DNA of 64,000 nucleotides, taken from contig OX597815.1 of the NCBI GenBank assembly GCA_951406725.2, positions 176,824,001 to 176,888,000 on the forward strand, given 5' to 3'. Positions 1 through 13,490 of this stretch are shown here, piece by piece. Position numbers and translations under genes: made by a program. The DNA is from Octopus vulgaris. Lineage: Eukaryota. The notes under the pieces were generated by a model, which made no database searches, was not told the DNA's origin, and saw only the letters and a program-made list of their open reading frames with translations. The stretch's first letter is position 1; each line of letters begins with the position of its first letter.

Positions 1-361
1 ATCCGAGTCTCTCATACAATTTATACACCTTGATATCATAGCGGTCCTTGCACTAACAACACTGAACTCTGATTCTATCGAGATTTGGCTGTTATTCTTG
101 AAATATTGATCGCCTATAATAACTCTGATGAAGGTGATAAAATCCATCTCACTAAATCTACATGAGGCGTGATGGGACAGTTCTTTGATGAAAAACTTTT
201 GAAGTATAACAAGGACTATTTATGAATTTCTGTGTATATTTTCCCTGGTACTTCACCATCTTGTACGTTGTAACCCTTGATTCAGTAGATCTTTCAATCA
301 TCAAGGGCATTCTCAAATATAAACGCATTTTGTTAGTGTGGTAATGAAGTTCCCCTGGCAA

Positions 362-612
362 ACACGTGGTTTCCGGTTCAATCCCTTCCTTGGCACCTTG
401 AGTATCTGCTTTCTACTCTTCCCTCGCGCCAACCAAAGCATATACATACATACACACATATACACACACACATGTATGTATGTGTAATGTGCGTGCGTTT
501 TGTATTTGTCTTTGTCTCTCCCTACGACCGATTGATAACTGGGATTCATTTCTTCGACTAACCCTTGAAGGTGATGCTCCAGTATGGCTGCATTGCAATG
601 AATGAAACAAAT
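362..612 (+). mobile_element. Degenerate copy of SINE family B (tRNA-derived, internal microsatellite)
   Basis: Diverged match to the intact copy at 48801-49228: ggttcaatccc..ggcaccttg, internal (CA/TG)n, gtgatgctccagtatggctgca..tgaaacaa. Confidence 0.55.
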
Positions 613-2010
613 TAACCAACGAGGTTGGCACAGTTTACCTCAGACTACATTACAAAAAGCGTTCTTCCATGTTATTCGTGCCGTTTATTTTCCAGGTCAG
701 TTGGCCATGTTTGTCGTAAGTTGGTAAAACCATGATTCTCAGGAGATTTGACAGCATTAAATGATACGCCGTGTAGTCTATTGCCAATTGATGGTATTTG
801 TATTGTGATGCGGTTAATAGAAAAGGGTTGAGGGCAATATTTTCGGAACAAACCCAAGCAAGTTTTTAAAGACTGAAGTTGCTGGAAAAAATCATTCTGT
901 GTATCCAGAACGCTTTCGTTGCATGACTTCTAGACAGGAACGTACAAATGCATACGCACACACACCAACATACAAACATGCACAGATATACTTACACAGA
1001 CATGTACACGTACACATACATACACACGTTTACACATGAGGAAATAGTTTTGATAAGTACATTTCTAACATATAGTAGGTTCCATAGTTTTTTCATTTAT
1101 TTTTGTGTAAATAAATGTAGGAAAGCCACTAAATGTTTCCCATTAACATGACACCGATTACCTTATATTAAAACTGTTTATAATTAATCTTTACACAATC
1201 GATCAGTAAATTAAATCTAAAAGCCAAACGAGAGTTCGGAAATTAGGCTTTGGACAATACCGTTGTCATGTGACCGATTGCGGTTTCGTTCATTTTCACG
1301 CATTGAAATAAATACAAAACGTCCAGTCGAGTTTCATAATTAGAAACCCATTTACTAGTAATTCGAGATGTTTATCCGAGGGGATAAACATCTTTCCTTT
1401 TATGTATCTACTTAAGACAAGAAAGTAAATCACTAAATATTACACAGTACAATATTATTTTTAAATGTATAACTACGTCTATCATCAGCAAGTCTATTTA
1501 GATATCTATCTAACAAACGATATAACCACGTAGCTAGAATTGAAATAATTTTCTAATCATTGATGATCTTAATTATCTGTAATTTTTCATATTTATCTCA
1601 ATGTTTAGGATTAAATTAAGGAATCTATAGCAATTTATTAAATATAATCTAATATTTTTGTATGATTTTAAATGCACGCCTAAACACGTGCATAAGAATA
1701 CATCATATTTTGTAAATAAAGGCAGCTTGCCAACGTAATGATTATCAGAATAGTTATGTAATTATCAATCAAACAGTCTGTCTCTATAGCAACAAGGAAA
1801 ATGTGAATTATACTATGCTTAACTAATACGGTTTGAACTGACAGAAACATATTCGCTCTAGATACAGTAACAGCCGAAGAACCGAGTCAATTTTTTTCAC
1901 GTGGTTATTTAAATTCTAATTATTTGAAATTCCGTAGTAATCTAACTTGTATTTCTTGGCAAGAATTCTCATTAACGTTCAACACTTTCCTGCTTCGATT
2001 ATTATTATTA

Positions 2011-2473
2011 TTGAGTGAGAGAGCAGTGCATGCCATCAAAGTGACACTGGGGTAAAATATACGAAGCCCAGCATGCCCATCATGACTACCCGTTTGATAA
2101 GGGTACACCAGGCACATGCAGCACAACCATATGTGCGCGACATGGTGATCTCATATCAAGATAAACAGCGCATGTTCTTGCAGGTGGGATCCAGTTAGAA
2201 TTTTCTTCTGATCGAGTAACCCATCCCGCTCAAAAAGTCCCCGAATAAGGGTTCTTTAAGGATGTTGAAAGAACCACCCATGTTTCCAGAGGTGAATTAT
2301 TCAAACCCCAAAGAATACCTCTCAACACATGGCTATGATGCTCCCCCACTACTTCTGCTCATGATCAGACATGCACATATCGTCAGCCACTAAGGGACAT
2401 GCTCAACTGGTTAAGGTCATGCAACTGACAAGCAAATCTGTGGTATTGAGCAGAATATTTGCTGTAGCCCACC

Positions 2474-2477
<4 letters not shown>
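2011..2477 (-). mobile_element. Non-coding retroposon-like repeat with (AAT)n tail, copy 1
   Basis: Flanked by (ATT)n on both sides; 2011-2235 is near-identical to 2537-2760; minus-strand 3' end reads ...ctctctcactc(aat)n. Confidence 0.65.
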
Positions 2478-2528
<51 letters not shown>

Positions 2529-2536
2529 TTTATTAT

Positions 2537-2760
2537 TGAGTGAGAGAGCAGTTCATGCTATCAAAGTGACACTGGGGTAAAATATACGAAGCCCAATATA
2601 CCCATCATGACTACCCGTCTGATAAGGGTACACCAGGCACATGCATCACAACCATATGTGCGCGACATGGTGATCTCATATCAAGGTAAACAGCGCGTGA
2701 CCTTGCAGGTGGGGCCCAGTTAGAATTTTCTTCAGGTCGAGTAGCCCATCCCGCTCAAAA
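2537..2760 (-). mobile_element. Same repeat, 5'-truncated copy 2
   Basis: Shares the same 3' end as copy 1, truncated at about 225 bp, flanked by (ATT)n. Confidence 0.65.
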
Positions 2761-2768
2761 TAATATTA

Positions 2769-2853
<85 letters not shown>

Positions 2854-2854
2854 C

Positions 2855-3890
2855 ATTCAGTAGTTTTAATTTTATAACATGCTTTCACTTCATTACCGAG
2901 CGCAGCTCTGTGTGCCTTGGGTATGTGCTGTGACTTGTTGTGATGCTCTGATGGTTATTGTATGAAAAGTGTTCTGCGTATGATGTGTGCAGTGCCTAGT
3001 AGTGCAATTTTCTGTATGTTATATGTGTTTGTAAGTCCTAGTGTTTTTGTTATGTATTTATCTGAATATTTTTTTATCATGCCTAATGCACCTACTATGA
3101 TAGGAATTGTTTCTGTTTTCAGATTCCACATTCTAGTTACCTCTATTTCCAGATCTTTGTATTTTGAAAGTTTCTCCATTTCTTTTAGAGACACGTTGTC
3201 ATCTGCGGGTATTGATACATCAATTAGAAAGCATTTTTTTCCCTTCATGTTGGCCTTAATTTCTCTATCTGTGTGTATCGGCATATCCCAGAGTATGGTT
3301 GCTTTCTCGTTTTCTGTGACCTTTTCTGGTGTGTGCCTATACCATCTTTTTTCTGTTGTTATTCCATAATGTTGGCATAGCTTCTAGTGTATGTAGGTCC
3401 CAACTCTGTCATGTCTGTGAATATATATTCCTTCTTGGCCAGGACTGGGCAGCCAGAGATAATATGGTTTATTGTTTCTTCTCCATCTCCACATATTCTG
3501 CAGCTACTTGTTATATTTCTTTTCATTACATGTTTTTGGTACTTTCTGGTGGGGAAGCTTTGGTCTTGTGCTGCAATTAAAAATCCCTCTGTCTCTGCTT
3601 TGAGTCCTGAGCTTCTCAACCATTGCTGGGATATTTCTTTGACTATTTCTTTTGCATTTAGTTTAGTCCAGTATTTGCCATGAAGGGGCTTTTCTTGCCA
3701 TCGTTTTATCATGGTCCGTTGCTGTTCTAGTTTTAGTTTTGATTTCATTTGCTTTATAGCTGTTGTTGTTTTTCTTCTTCTTCTTCTTCTTCTTCTTCTT
3801 CTTCTTCTTCTTCTTCTTCTTCTTCTTCTTCTTCTTCTTCTTCTTCTTCTTCTTCTTCTTCTTCTTCTTCTTTTTCTTCTTCTTCTTCTA

Positions 3891-3971
<81 letters not shown>

Positions 3972-4555
3972 TGTTAGGTGGTATGATTTATTGTTTGTAT
4001 TTATCAGCTTCCTTAAATACTGAGAACAAATCTTTTGTTTTGCTCGTGTTTTGCCGCTATTTGTATCAGTTTTCCTTGCTTCTGAAGTAGGTATTTTTGC
4101 AGTCCTATGGTGATTATTTTATAGTAGTTTTCCAGCTTTATTAGGCCTCTACCACCTTCTATACGTTGTATATATAGTTTTTCTATGTCAGGTTTTGGGT
4201 GATGCATCCTAGACCCTGACATTATTTTTCTTGTTTTCCTATCTATTTTGGTTAGTTCACTTAGCGTCCAATTAAGGATATTGTAGCTGTAACTTATAAC
4301 TGGGACGGCTAAAGTGTTAATACCTATTACCTTGTTTTTAGCATTGAGCTCTGTTTTTAGTATTGATCTAACTCGTCTATAGTATTCTTTCTTTATTTTC
4401 TCTTTCATTGGTGTGTGTTGTGTCTTATTTAGTTCATGGATTCCTAAATATTTGTAAGTTTGGCTTTGGTCAAATTCTCTTATTTCATTGGCTTTATCTA
4501 GTGTGATGTTGCTATTCTTAACTAGTTTTCCTCTTTTCAGGGTTACTTTGGCGTA

Positions 4556-4560
<5 letters not shown>
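2855..4560 (-). pseudogene. 5'-truncated R4/Dong-like non-LTR retrotransposon (RT C-terminus, CCHC knuckle, restriction-like endonuclease), frameshifted
   Basis: YKYLGI...GGRGL (RT/thumb); PLHGKY; CRICGDGEETINHIISGC knuckle; LIDVSIP...EKLSKYKDL...PIIVGALG RLE motif; (AAT)n tail and flank. Confidence 0.9.
3772..3971. repeat. Compound (CTT)n-(ATT)n microsatellite inside the R4-like ORF
   Basis: Direct reading. Confidence 0.95.
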
Positions 4561-4618
<58 letters not shown>

Positions 4619-4914
4619 CATTATTGTTGTTGTTGTTATTATTGTTGTTATTAAGGTTGCCATTACTTTTGGTATATTATCTTATGTTTGTAAGCTGGTA
4701 ATTAAATATTTATATGGAAAGTAAACTGTGTTCAAATACTTCTGTATGTGTCTGTCTTCAATTAAACATCTCCTTACACAATGACAAATTAATGAAAATC
4801 TCTGGTTAAGTATGTATATTTTTGGAATTCAGCCAGTTACAAGTCAGTCAAGGATTCATAAAACCAGAACACTTCTTTAATTTCTTCATGTTTGATGTAT
4901 AATAAACATTTGTT

Positions 4915-5100
4915 TCAAATTTTGGCACGAGGTCAGCAATTTCTGGGGATGGGGTTAAGTCGATCACATCAATCTCAAGACTTATTTTATCAGCCCCGGA
5001 ATGATGAAAGGCAGAGTAAACCTCGTCGATGGAATTTGAACTTAGAAATTTCATTAAGCATTGTTCCTCTCGTCTTAACGATTCTACCAGCCCGCTGCCT
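4915..5100 (-). mobile_element. Degenerate SINE family A
   Basis: gatgaaaggcagagtaaacctcgtcgatggaatttgaact matches the reverse complement of the SINE core at 9369-9599. Confidence 0.65.
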
Positions 5101-7439
5101 TCCTTACTTCATAGAATATTAGAAACCCCTCCATATTACAGGGACTTCTACCGAATGCATATTCATTGTTCTCTAGAAACTATTCACCAGAAACGTGTTC
5201 AAAAGGATTCACATTGGTTATGTTATGCTATGGGTGCATTCTGTTAGAATCGTATCAATTCTTTTGGTATTTGACTTGGAATGTATATCTGCAGACAACT
5301 GAGTAATCAGTTTTCAGCAGACGTTTGCCATTATTACCGAAAATTCCAATTATTCCATCCTACATACAGACAACTAAAGCACGCGAATCTACTTCTATTA
5401 ATGTATGTATGTGTAACAGTCTTCCATACACTCTCTATACAAAGGTAAATGTGTTTTTTTTATGTATATGCAGAGTTGAAGCATTGGTGTAACCATGATG
5501 TTCTTGTTCTGAAGAGTTAGTCTTTTATGTCTGTAGTTATTTGTAAATGTAGAATTGTATGGCACAATGTGTAGGATGCGTACTAGTACATACATACATG
5601 TGTGTGTTTATGTACGTATCTATGGATGCATGTCTTAGGCTGTACCCTGTGTACATCGACTATGTGCATTTATATACAAGGAACTAGGCAAAAACACATT
5701 CGCAGAACTGTTTGAACACCTATGTACACACACGCATATTCTCTCACAGGCACACACTTATTATGTGCGTACACGAAAACAAAAGAAAACCTCTATTTTG
5801 CGTATTCGCTTCTCTCCCCGCCTTCCACAATTCATAGACTATATATCTTTCAACTTGTCTCTGTTTAACTGTTTCTCTCTTTTTCATTCTCACCCAACTT
5901 ATTTCAAGGTCAGAATTTCATCGATTAAAATTTCATCAATTAAATAGACTTGAAGTTACAAATTAATACATTTGTACTCAAATCTCTGTTGCATATTTTT
6001 GGTTATAATACAATTTACTCATTTCTGTTTCTATAATCTCATTAGACGTGACAGTTTTGAAGAAAACATTATTCCGGGAGGAATATTCGTACTAAATTAT
6101 TATATTTAATACACCACAAGACAAAAATGAAGCCTTTCTGAAGACACCTCATCTCCTTCCTATTTCATGATTCTAATCATTGTATACAGAGACAAACACG
6201 CAAACGCACATAATTACAATTTACATTGATGTCAATAGAGTTGTGTGTACGTTGATATACATATGTATACATTGTATATTTTCTAATGTATTTATATGTA
6301 TATGTTGTATATTTGCTTACGATGTGTACATAGTCGGTGTGTATGTCTACCTGTATATAAATGCGATGATTAAACTGTGGCGACTGAGGCGGAGACATCA
6401 ATTTCCTCCAGCTTGTTTGGCGTGAAAATACTTTGCAACTGTTGGACGTAGATCACAAGACATTTCGACGGAATGGTTCGGTATCCAGTAACATTGATTC
6501 CAACGAGATAGGAGTAGTTTCTTTTCACACATGCTACAGTTTGCATTTTCCTCCTCTCTAATCCATGCGAATTCCACACTGATCAGCTGTGAGTATTCCA
6601 ATCCTTGTAGGACATTTCGATAAGCTCCTTTCTGAATAATTCTACTCCTAGGTCTAAATATTTTTCTCACAGCTTTTATATCCATGACCACAAAAAAAAA
6701 AACCTACTTTTCCCCTCTTAATTTCATGAATTACTTCACAGCTGTCATTTCTCATTTTTAATATCAAGCAATTTGGACAGTGTAGATTTTGTTAATAGCC
6801 CAGGACATCCCACATCTATTCGAAATATCGTACACAGCCATCTTCATCCTTGCAATATCTAGACATCTAGAGGGAAGCAAAGTGCAAGATATCTGGAAAG
6901 GAGAGTTGTGGGTTTCATATACGGGTTAGCCTTCCCCTTGAGGGACCCCTGGACAATGACCAAAAATTCCTTTATTCTCAGTGGGGTTACTGCGCCCTCG
7001 GACACCAACCTGGCTATTTCTACCTCAAATCACTGGTGACTTGTGAGGTTTCTCATGAGTGCTACTAGTTATATGGAATCTAGTATAACCTATTTCATGG
7101 TCTGGTTGGCGATAAGGTGAGGAGGCTGCTAGAAATCCAGCAGGACTAAAGGGAAGACTTGTCAAAAGGATGGATGAACCTAGTGTAGGTTTAGCGACTA
7201 TCTAACAATAGTACGATCTCTGAGGCTTTCCAGGTTACGGCTTGCTGGAAGAAAGTCTCTAGAAGTTGTCTCTGATATAGAACCACACAAACTGGGGAAA
7301 GCATTCAACATTTTGGGGGTCTTTTGCTTGCGCTTGATATGGCACTCCTATGTTACTGAGCTTGCGGCCCCTGTTGCCACTTGCTCTGGATTATCTTTGG
7401 ATTGTGTCACTTGAGAGGAGAAAGACTGTGAGGTGCTGT

Positions 7440-7600
7440 GTAAGCCTTTACTGGACCTAAAATTTAAGATTGGGCAATCGGCAGTGAGGTAACCATCCGA
7501 TGCACAGTCGAGTAGGCGGGTGCTGCAACAATCATGGAAGGTGCGGATCCGAACCCGGATGAAGCCGACTTGCTGACATTTTGCAGAGCGGACAGCAACA
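7440..7600 (-). pseudogene. Possible degenerate twin zinc-knuckle (LINE ORF1/gag-like) remnant
   Basis: SAKCQQVGFIRVR and LLDCASDGYLTADCP resemble decayed CX2CX4HX4C knuckles. Confidence 0.3.
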
Positions 7601-8022
7601 ATCGTCATCATCATAGACACAGTGAGACAGGGAGATAGAGAGGGAATGAGAGAGAAGTGGAGAAAGAGAGAGAGAATTGGGGCCAGCGCAATGATGTTTA
7701 AAACCTAGCTTTACTGTAACCATCCTATTGAAAAGACTGTCTCGCGGTCACGTCAGACAGAATCCTCAGATATTCGACGGTCATCATAGATACAAGCGAA
7801 TTGCTTTCTCCTCGCTCTCCGTTTTCATCTAAAGCATGTTTTCACTTGTATGATATTACTTTCTGACAGTTCTGCCAGCAGCTTTTTAATTGCTTTGTTT
7901 TTCTTACATGTCATATCGTATCAATTCTATTTCTTTTGTCATATTTTTCCAGCCCGTAAGGAAATTAAAGCCGGATTATATTCCACATCATCACTAGATT
8001 TTATTTATTCATTGATTCCCGT

Positions 8023-8044
8023 ATTATTATTATTATTATTATTA

Positions 8045-8078
<34 letters not shown>

Positions 8079-8178
8079 GATTATCGTCGTCGTCGTCGTT
8101 GCTGTTGTTGTTGTTGTTGTTGTTGTCGTCGTCGTCGTCGTCGTCGTTGTCGTTGTCGTTGTCGTCGTCGTCGTCGTC
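8023..8178. repeat. Compound (ATT)n/(GTC)n/(GTT)n microsatellite
   Basis: Direct reading. Confidence 0.95.
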
Positions 8179-8384
8179 AGCGAGGTAAGACGTGTTTTCA
8201 GCGCTCCGTGAGTTTGGATCTTCTTGTGACTTTTTTCAAGGTTCTAAAATGTTTGTTTTTGTTTTCCGAACTCCTTTTGTATAGAAGGGGTTCTCTTGTT
8301 GAAGATTTCCCCCCCTTTTAGGGGCGAATTTTGGATATTTTGTCCATTAGAAATATTTTTAGTTTTTCGTCTAACGAAAACAAG

Positions 8385-8960
8385 ATGGTTTCCTCTGTCG
8401 AGGGGAGTGGCAGTGGCTGTTCTGACGGCCAGTACAGCCAAGATTTCCCCCATTTGAACAACACGAGTAGCAGCACGAACGTCACTACCAGAACCACCAT
8501 TAACATGGAAAATGAAAAAGTGAAGAAAACACCGTCAACGTCACCACAGACCTGATCACAGTAGGCACAAAACAATGACAAACAAAGTGGCAACGGTTTC
8601 GCCTCGGCGACGAAACAAACGAGAGAGAGAGTTAATTCATTTAATTATTGAGGATTTAAAAAATGTAAAGGGTTTGTTGAGGAAGGAAGAAAATAATATT
8701 TTCCTTAATACCTCACAACAACTGATAAAAGAAACAGGAAAAAAACTGTAATCTACAGATCAAGTATTTTTTTAAAAGTGTAGAATGAACAACTGACCAG
8801 CAAATAGAATCCGCGTTAAAACCTGTATGGACGAGTAAAACATATGTAACAAGTGAAAAACGCTTCGGCACTGTGGAAGTACGCTTCGCAGCGGAAGAAG
8901 AAGCAAGACAGCATTCCACTGTACCACTAAAGACTAGCAGTATGGGCAGAGCCAGCCCAT
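8385..8960 (+). pseudogene. Possible LINE (L1/Tx1-like) ORF1 N-terminal remnant with RRM-like segment
   Basis: Stop-interrupted frame ending TDQQIESALKPVWTSKTYVTSEKRFGTVEVRFAAEEEARQHSTVPLKT, which resembles an RNP1 strand followed by a helix. Confidence 0.35.
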
Positions 8961-9368
8961 TGCACTGAAAATTCAATAACAAGTGAAAATAAATACAAGA
9001 CGAAACAAATCTAATTCATGTAACAGAATAAAAAAATAATTAAAAGAAAAGGAATATAATTTCATTGAAGTCACTTTTCTCAATGAAATTACTGTCTGTC
9101 CAACTTGGCTGTAAAGGTCTTTGAACTGATCAGCAAATAATTTCCACTCCAGCCAGAAATATCTCATGCACTTTAACAAGAATTTTCTCAGAATAGTTCT
9201 ACAGTCCAGTATAAACAATTCGTTAAAGAATGATGATAATAATTCTATATCGGATCGGCATTCTACTTCATTTGAACGCTCTCTATCTCTGTTGTTTTCC
9301 ACCTGTCTCACTTCAGGTGATGTCTGAAATTCAAGTAACAATCCTTGATTAGTATACACGCATCTTTA

Positions 9369-9599
9369 AAGGGCGGCGAGCTGGCAGAAACGTTAGCACG
9401 CCGGGCGAAATGCGTAGCCGTCTTTCGCCTGCCGTTACGTTCTGAGTTCAAATTCGGCCGAGGTCGACTTTACCATTCATCCTTTCGGGATCGATAAATT
9501 AAGCACCAGTTACGTACTGGGGTCAATGTAATCGACTTAATCCGTTTGTCTGTCCTTCTTTGTGCCCTCTGTGTTTAGCCTTTTGTGGGCAGTAAAGAA
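9369..9599 (+). mobile_element. SINE family A, full length
   Basis: tRNA-like head (agctggcagaaacgttag...gagttcaaatt); core gaggtcgacttt..catcctttcgggatcgataaa; 15-bp TSD atacacgcatcttta at 9354-9368 and 9600-9614. Confidence 0.9.
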
Positions 9600-10674
9600 A
9601 TACACGCATCTTTAGAATACTCAACTGCTTACTTGTTATTTGTACAACTAAATCCTAACCGTCGATTCCGACTGTGAATCCGACATCACCATCCATAACA
9701 CCAGATTGGATCAGCAGTTTAAAGCAGGTAAGGACAAAGCACGTAATTTTATTACAATATCAAAAAAAAAAAAAGTCCAAGCAGGAATTATAAAGAAATA
9801 CCCTAGAAATAGCGGCGGCAAAATGGTTGCGGGTGGTGAGTAGCAGAGATGTTAGAATGCGAGACGAAATATATTGCAGTATTTATTCTGACTTTCTGCG
9901 TTGTGAATTCAAAAGTAGTAAAGTTCATCAACGGTTTTCATTCTAAAAGACAAGTCTAAACCAGTGAACTGTTAGAATCGCTAAGAATGTCAGAGACGGC
10001 TTCCTGCGGCATTCGTTCCGGCTCTTTGCTTCTTGAGTTCAAAAACTATTGTGGTCTACTTAATCCGTCGCCCAGTTTATTACTATCACCTGGTCATTGG
10101 GTACGTTTAGCGAAATCTACTCTATTGCAAGTAACCAGACTTCTGATTTGAGGAAACCTTCATCTCTGCCACCAATTTTGGAAACCTCGAAGAAACCCGT
10201 GCACTCAATCTTTCCTCACCAAGCAATAGCAAAACACTTAACTTGTATCGAGTGCGTTTGAAACTGATGCACACCGTCTGTTCACTCCTACAAGAAGTAG
10301 CAGGAATAACCAAAGCAAAGATTATGAACTTCAATGCAAATAACATGGTGAAGCTGACCACATTACACAACTGAAATAAAACCATGCTTCGCTATCACAC
10401 AGAATGGCTTTATTCATCTTTTCAACAAACTCTACTACAAAATCTAGAATATAATACTTTAGCACTGGCTCCAGTTTTTGCTACCTGAAACAAGGAGTAT
10501 ATAAGCTTAGTATTCTCTACGAGTTCCATAATCGTTTTGACTTGCTTTAGCAAAGTTTTTCTAAAAATTAGGAGTAACAACGTAAAGGATTACATCGATG
10601 GAAAATTAGGCGCTAACATAGAATATTTATCGTCTGACTGTATGGTTTTATTTGTTGTTTTAATATCCATGTTA

Positions 10675-11911
10675 TTAGGTCGTCAAGTATGAAACTTGTA
10701 GAAAAGAAAAAAAAATTGCTGATGTTTTATAAATACAAGGAATAATTTTATTCATCAAAGTATGGACCCATATTGTCAATACACTTTTGCCATTTCAGTG
10801 GTAGCTTGTCCAGTCCGGAACTGTAAAAGCCAGGCAATCTATAGTCAATAAAATCTTGGAGGGCCTGTTTTACATCATTGTCGGAATTAAATTTTTTTCC
10901 TATCAAAAAGTTATCCAAATTCTGGAAGAAGTGGTAGTCAGTGGGGACAAGATTAAGTGAGCATGGTGGATGATGGAGAACTTCCAACTCCAACTCCTGT
11001 AGTTTCGCCAATGTCATTTTTGCGATGTGTGGTCTGGCGTTGTCTTGCAATAAAATAGGAGTGGAACTGTTGACTAATCTAGGCTGTTTTCTTTATAAGT
11101 TTCTGCATCATTTGGTCCAGTTGGCTGAAGTATACTTCGGCCGTGATTGATGAGCCAGGTTTAATGAAATCATAATGGATGATACCTGTGCCAGACTACC
11201 AAACTATCAGTTCTTTTGATGAATTTTGCTTTGTTTGGACTGTGTTGTTTTGGTGGCTCGTCTTTGTCCAACCATTGTGCTGAACGTTTACAATTGTTGT
11301 ATTGGCTCCATTTCTCATCTCATGTTACAATTCGATTCACAAATTATTCATTTTTGTGACGAGAAAGAGTTTCTGATTTTCATTGAGTTTATGTAGAACC
11401 CACTTATCCAACTTTTTCACTTTACCGATTTGAAATAGGTGAGTCAATATTATTTGCTTGCTAACACCAAACAACAACGATAATTAATGGGCACTTTGAG
11501 ATGGATCTGACTCTGCGGTGGCTTTCAGTTCGTCATTTTCCACCTTTGTTTCTGGTCGACAGCAAAGTTCAAGAACAAAATTTTGCAAACCAATTTGATA
11601 CTGTCTGCTGAATAATAACATCAGAATGAAATACTCCATTAATATTCCGAGCTGTCTGTGATGCTATATTTCCAAGAAATAACTCATATTTGAAAACTAT
11701 ACGAATTTCCGACTTATCCATCTCTAAATAAAAATAGCAAAAAATGATTTATAAATACTTTATAAAGTGCAAAATGAAGTAGAATAAAGAAATACATGTG
11801 TCAACTTTCTAACAAAAAATAAAGATTGTCAAAATATAATAATGGCACAAAATGAGCAGCTGTCAAAATTTACCATACACCTTACTACAAATTTCATACT
11901 TGATAACCTAA
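10675..11911 (-). mobile_element. Mariner transposon, full length (1237 bp), defective
   Basis: TIRs ttaggtcgtcaagtatgaaacttgtag / ctacaaatttcatacttgataacctaa, with TA on both sides. Confidence 0.93.
10748..11721 (-). pseudogene. DD34D mariner transposase pseudogene
   Basis: MDKSEIR start; IVT*DEKW; QDNARPH; PCSLNLVPTDYHFF; 34 residues between the 2nd and 3rd D; internal stops and frameshifts. Confidence 0.92.
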
Positions 11912-13229
11912 TAAAAGGAAGTAGCTAGCTTCTCACAATAAAACAAAACTCCATCTTTCCTATGTGCGTGACAAAAATGATAAGTGTTACACGTTGAACT
12001 TGAATGAAATCATGATTGGAGACAATCGGAATGTGAACATTGGTGCCTTGCTATCATTTGCATGCATGTTGTGTGTATTCCTATGGTTGTTGTGAGTTCG
12101 TGTAACGCGAGGGTTTAAAGTACGGCAGCATGTACACGGGTATCTTCGACTAGGGTTTGCATTTGTTTTTACTGAAATGTACTATGTGTGTGTGTGTCTG
12201 TGTGTATCTCTGTATGTGTATGTATGTGTGTGTATGCGTGTGTATGTGTATCTTTGTGTGTGTGTATCTGTGTATGGGTGTGTGTGTGTGTGTTTGTGTA
12301 TGTTTCTGTGTCTATGTATCTGTGTGTGTGTGTGTATCTCTGCATGTGTGTGTATGTGTGTGTGAATGTGCGAGTACGTGTGGGCCTGTATCTGTGTGCA
12401 TCTGTGTATGCCTTTGTATACATATAGGTAGCAGAAACAGAATCACTTCGGTGAGATATTTCCTGCATTTCTGAGTGGGAAAAAAGATTTTATTGTATAA
12501 AACACCGGCGAAAAGACACTCGTCATGGACAGGTAAACAATGACTTAATTAGAAGAAACGCCAGACGACGGAGTCTCGCCCGTTGTTACCAGTGACGTCT
12601 ATGAGAATGTCAACAAAGTTGTCGACTTGTCACTGGCCTGTTTAGCCTAATAATAATCTGCATAGCTGGCATTTGAGGTGCGGAGGAAACGGTTAGGAAA
12701 AAAGAAAAAGAGAGATCGTTTCATAACTGGGTCCGTTAAAAATAGAATTTTAAAGGAGAATTGAGCACGTGTGAAAGCTGCGAGAAAAACGGGGGAAAGG
12801 TGCGGGGTGGGAGCAGGGGTGTGAACCAGTAATTCACACCAGTTTCAGCCACGATTTAAAGAATGGATGTTCAGATGAGAGAAGCATTAAATGTTAATGG
12901 GTTGTGGGCGAAGGGCGAGGAGAAGAGAAGTAGATTGACTTGAGAACGATGTATGTAGTAAGATGTCGGATGTGCTGCTACCTGTTGGTGAGATGAAAGG
13001 AGCTTTGATTATAATACGTGGTCTGTTGCCATAGTAATGAAGCTAAAGCACGCTGAGTAAAGTCGCTTGGTACAGGTTGACCTTAAACACTGATGTGCAT
13101 GCGCACTAAGTTTTAACGTTCTATCTAACTTACGCTGTTTACAGCAGTGCTTGGAAGCAACGTGTGTAGCGTGTGTTCGTCGGATTGGACAGGACAGAGA
13201 ATGTTGAGTAAAGAACCTGCATACTTACA

Positions 13230-13350
13230 TTATCGACCCCGAATGGATGAAAGTCAAAGTCGACCTCAGTGGAATTTGAACTCCGAACGTAAAGACGGGC
13301 GAAATACTTTTAAGCAATTAACCAGGCGTGCTATTGATTCTGCCATCTCA
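13230..13350 (-). mobile_element. Degenerate SINE family A fragment
   Basis: tatcgaccccgaatggatgaaagtcaaagtcgacctcagtggaatttgaactc. Confidence 0.7.
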
Positions 13351-13405
13351 CCGAACTGTTTTGCTACCAGAAATGATATTTTGCATACTCCATGTTGATA
13401 TCAAA

Positions 13406-13490
13406 TGTATGTATGTATGTATGTATGTATGTATGTATGTATGTATGTATGTATGTATGTATGTATGTATGTATGTATGTATGTATGTGT
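13406..13490. repeat. (TATG)n microsatellite; similar tracts at 18538-18625 and 35050-35172
   Basis: Direct reading. Confidence 0.95.

Noticed and set aside
121-170. ctCTGATGA a ggtga...tcact aaa hammerhead-like string
   Set aside because: It lacks GAAA and a palindrome; too degenerate to call
158-361. 67-aa ORF as a host exon (also ORFs at 8973-9359 and 10122-10385)
   Set aside because: No recognisable domain or convincing splice signals
12500-12960. Possible antisense Penelope GIY-YIG end (LALRPQPINI*)
   Set aside because: Similarity is too weak to support by eye
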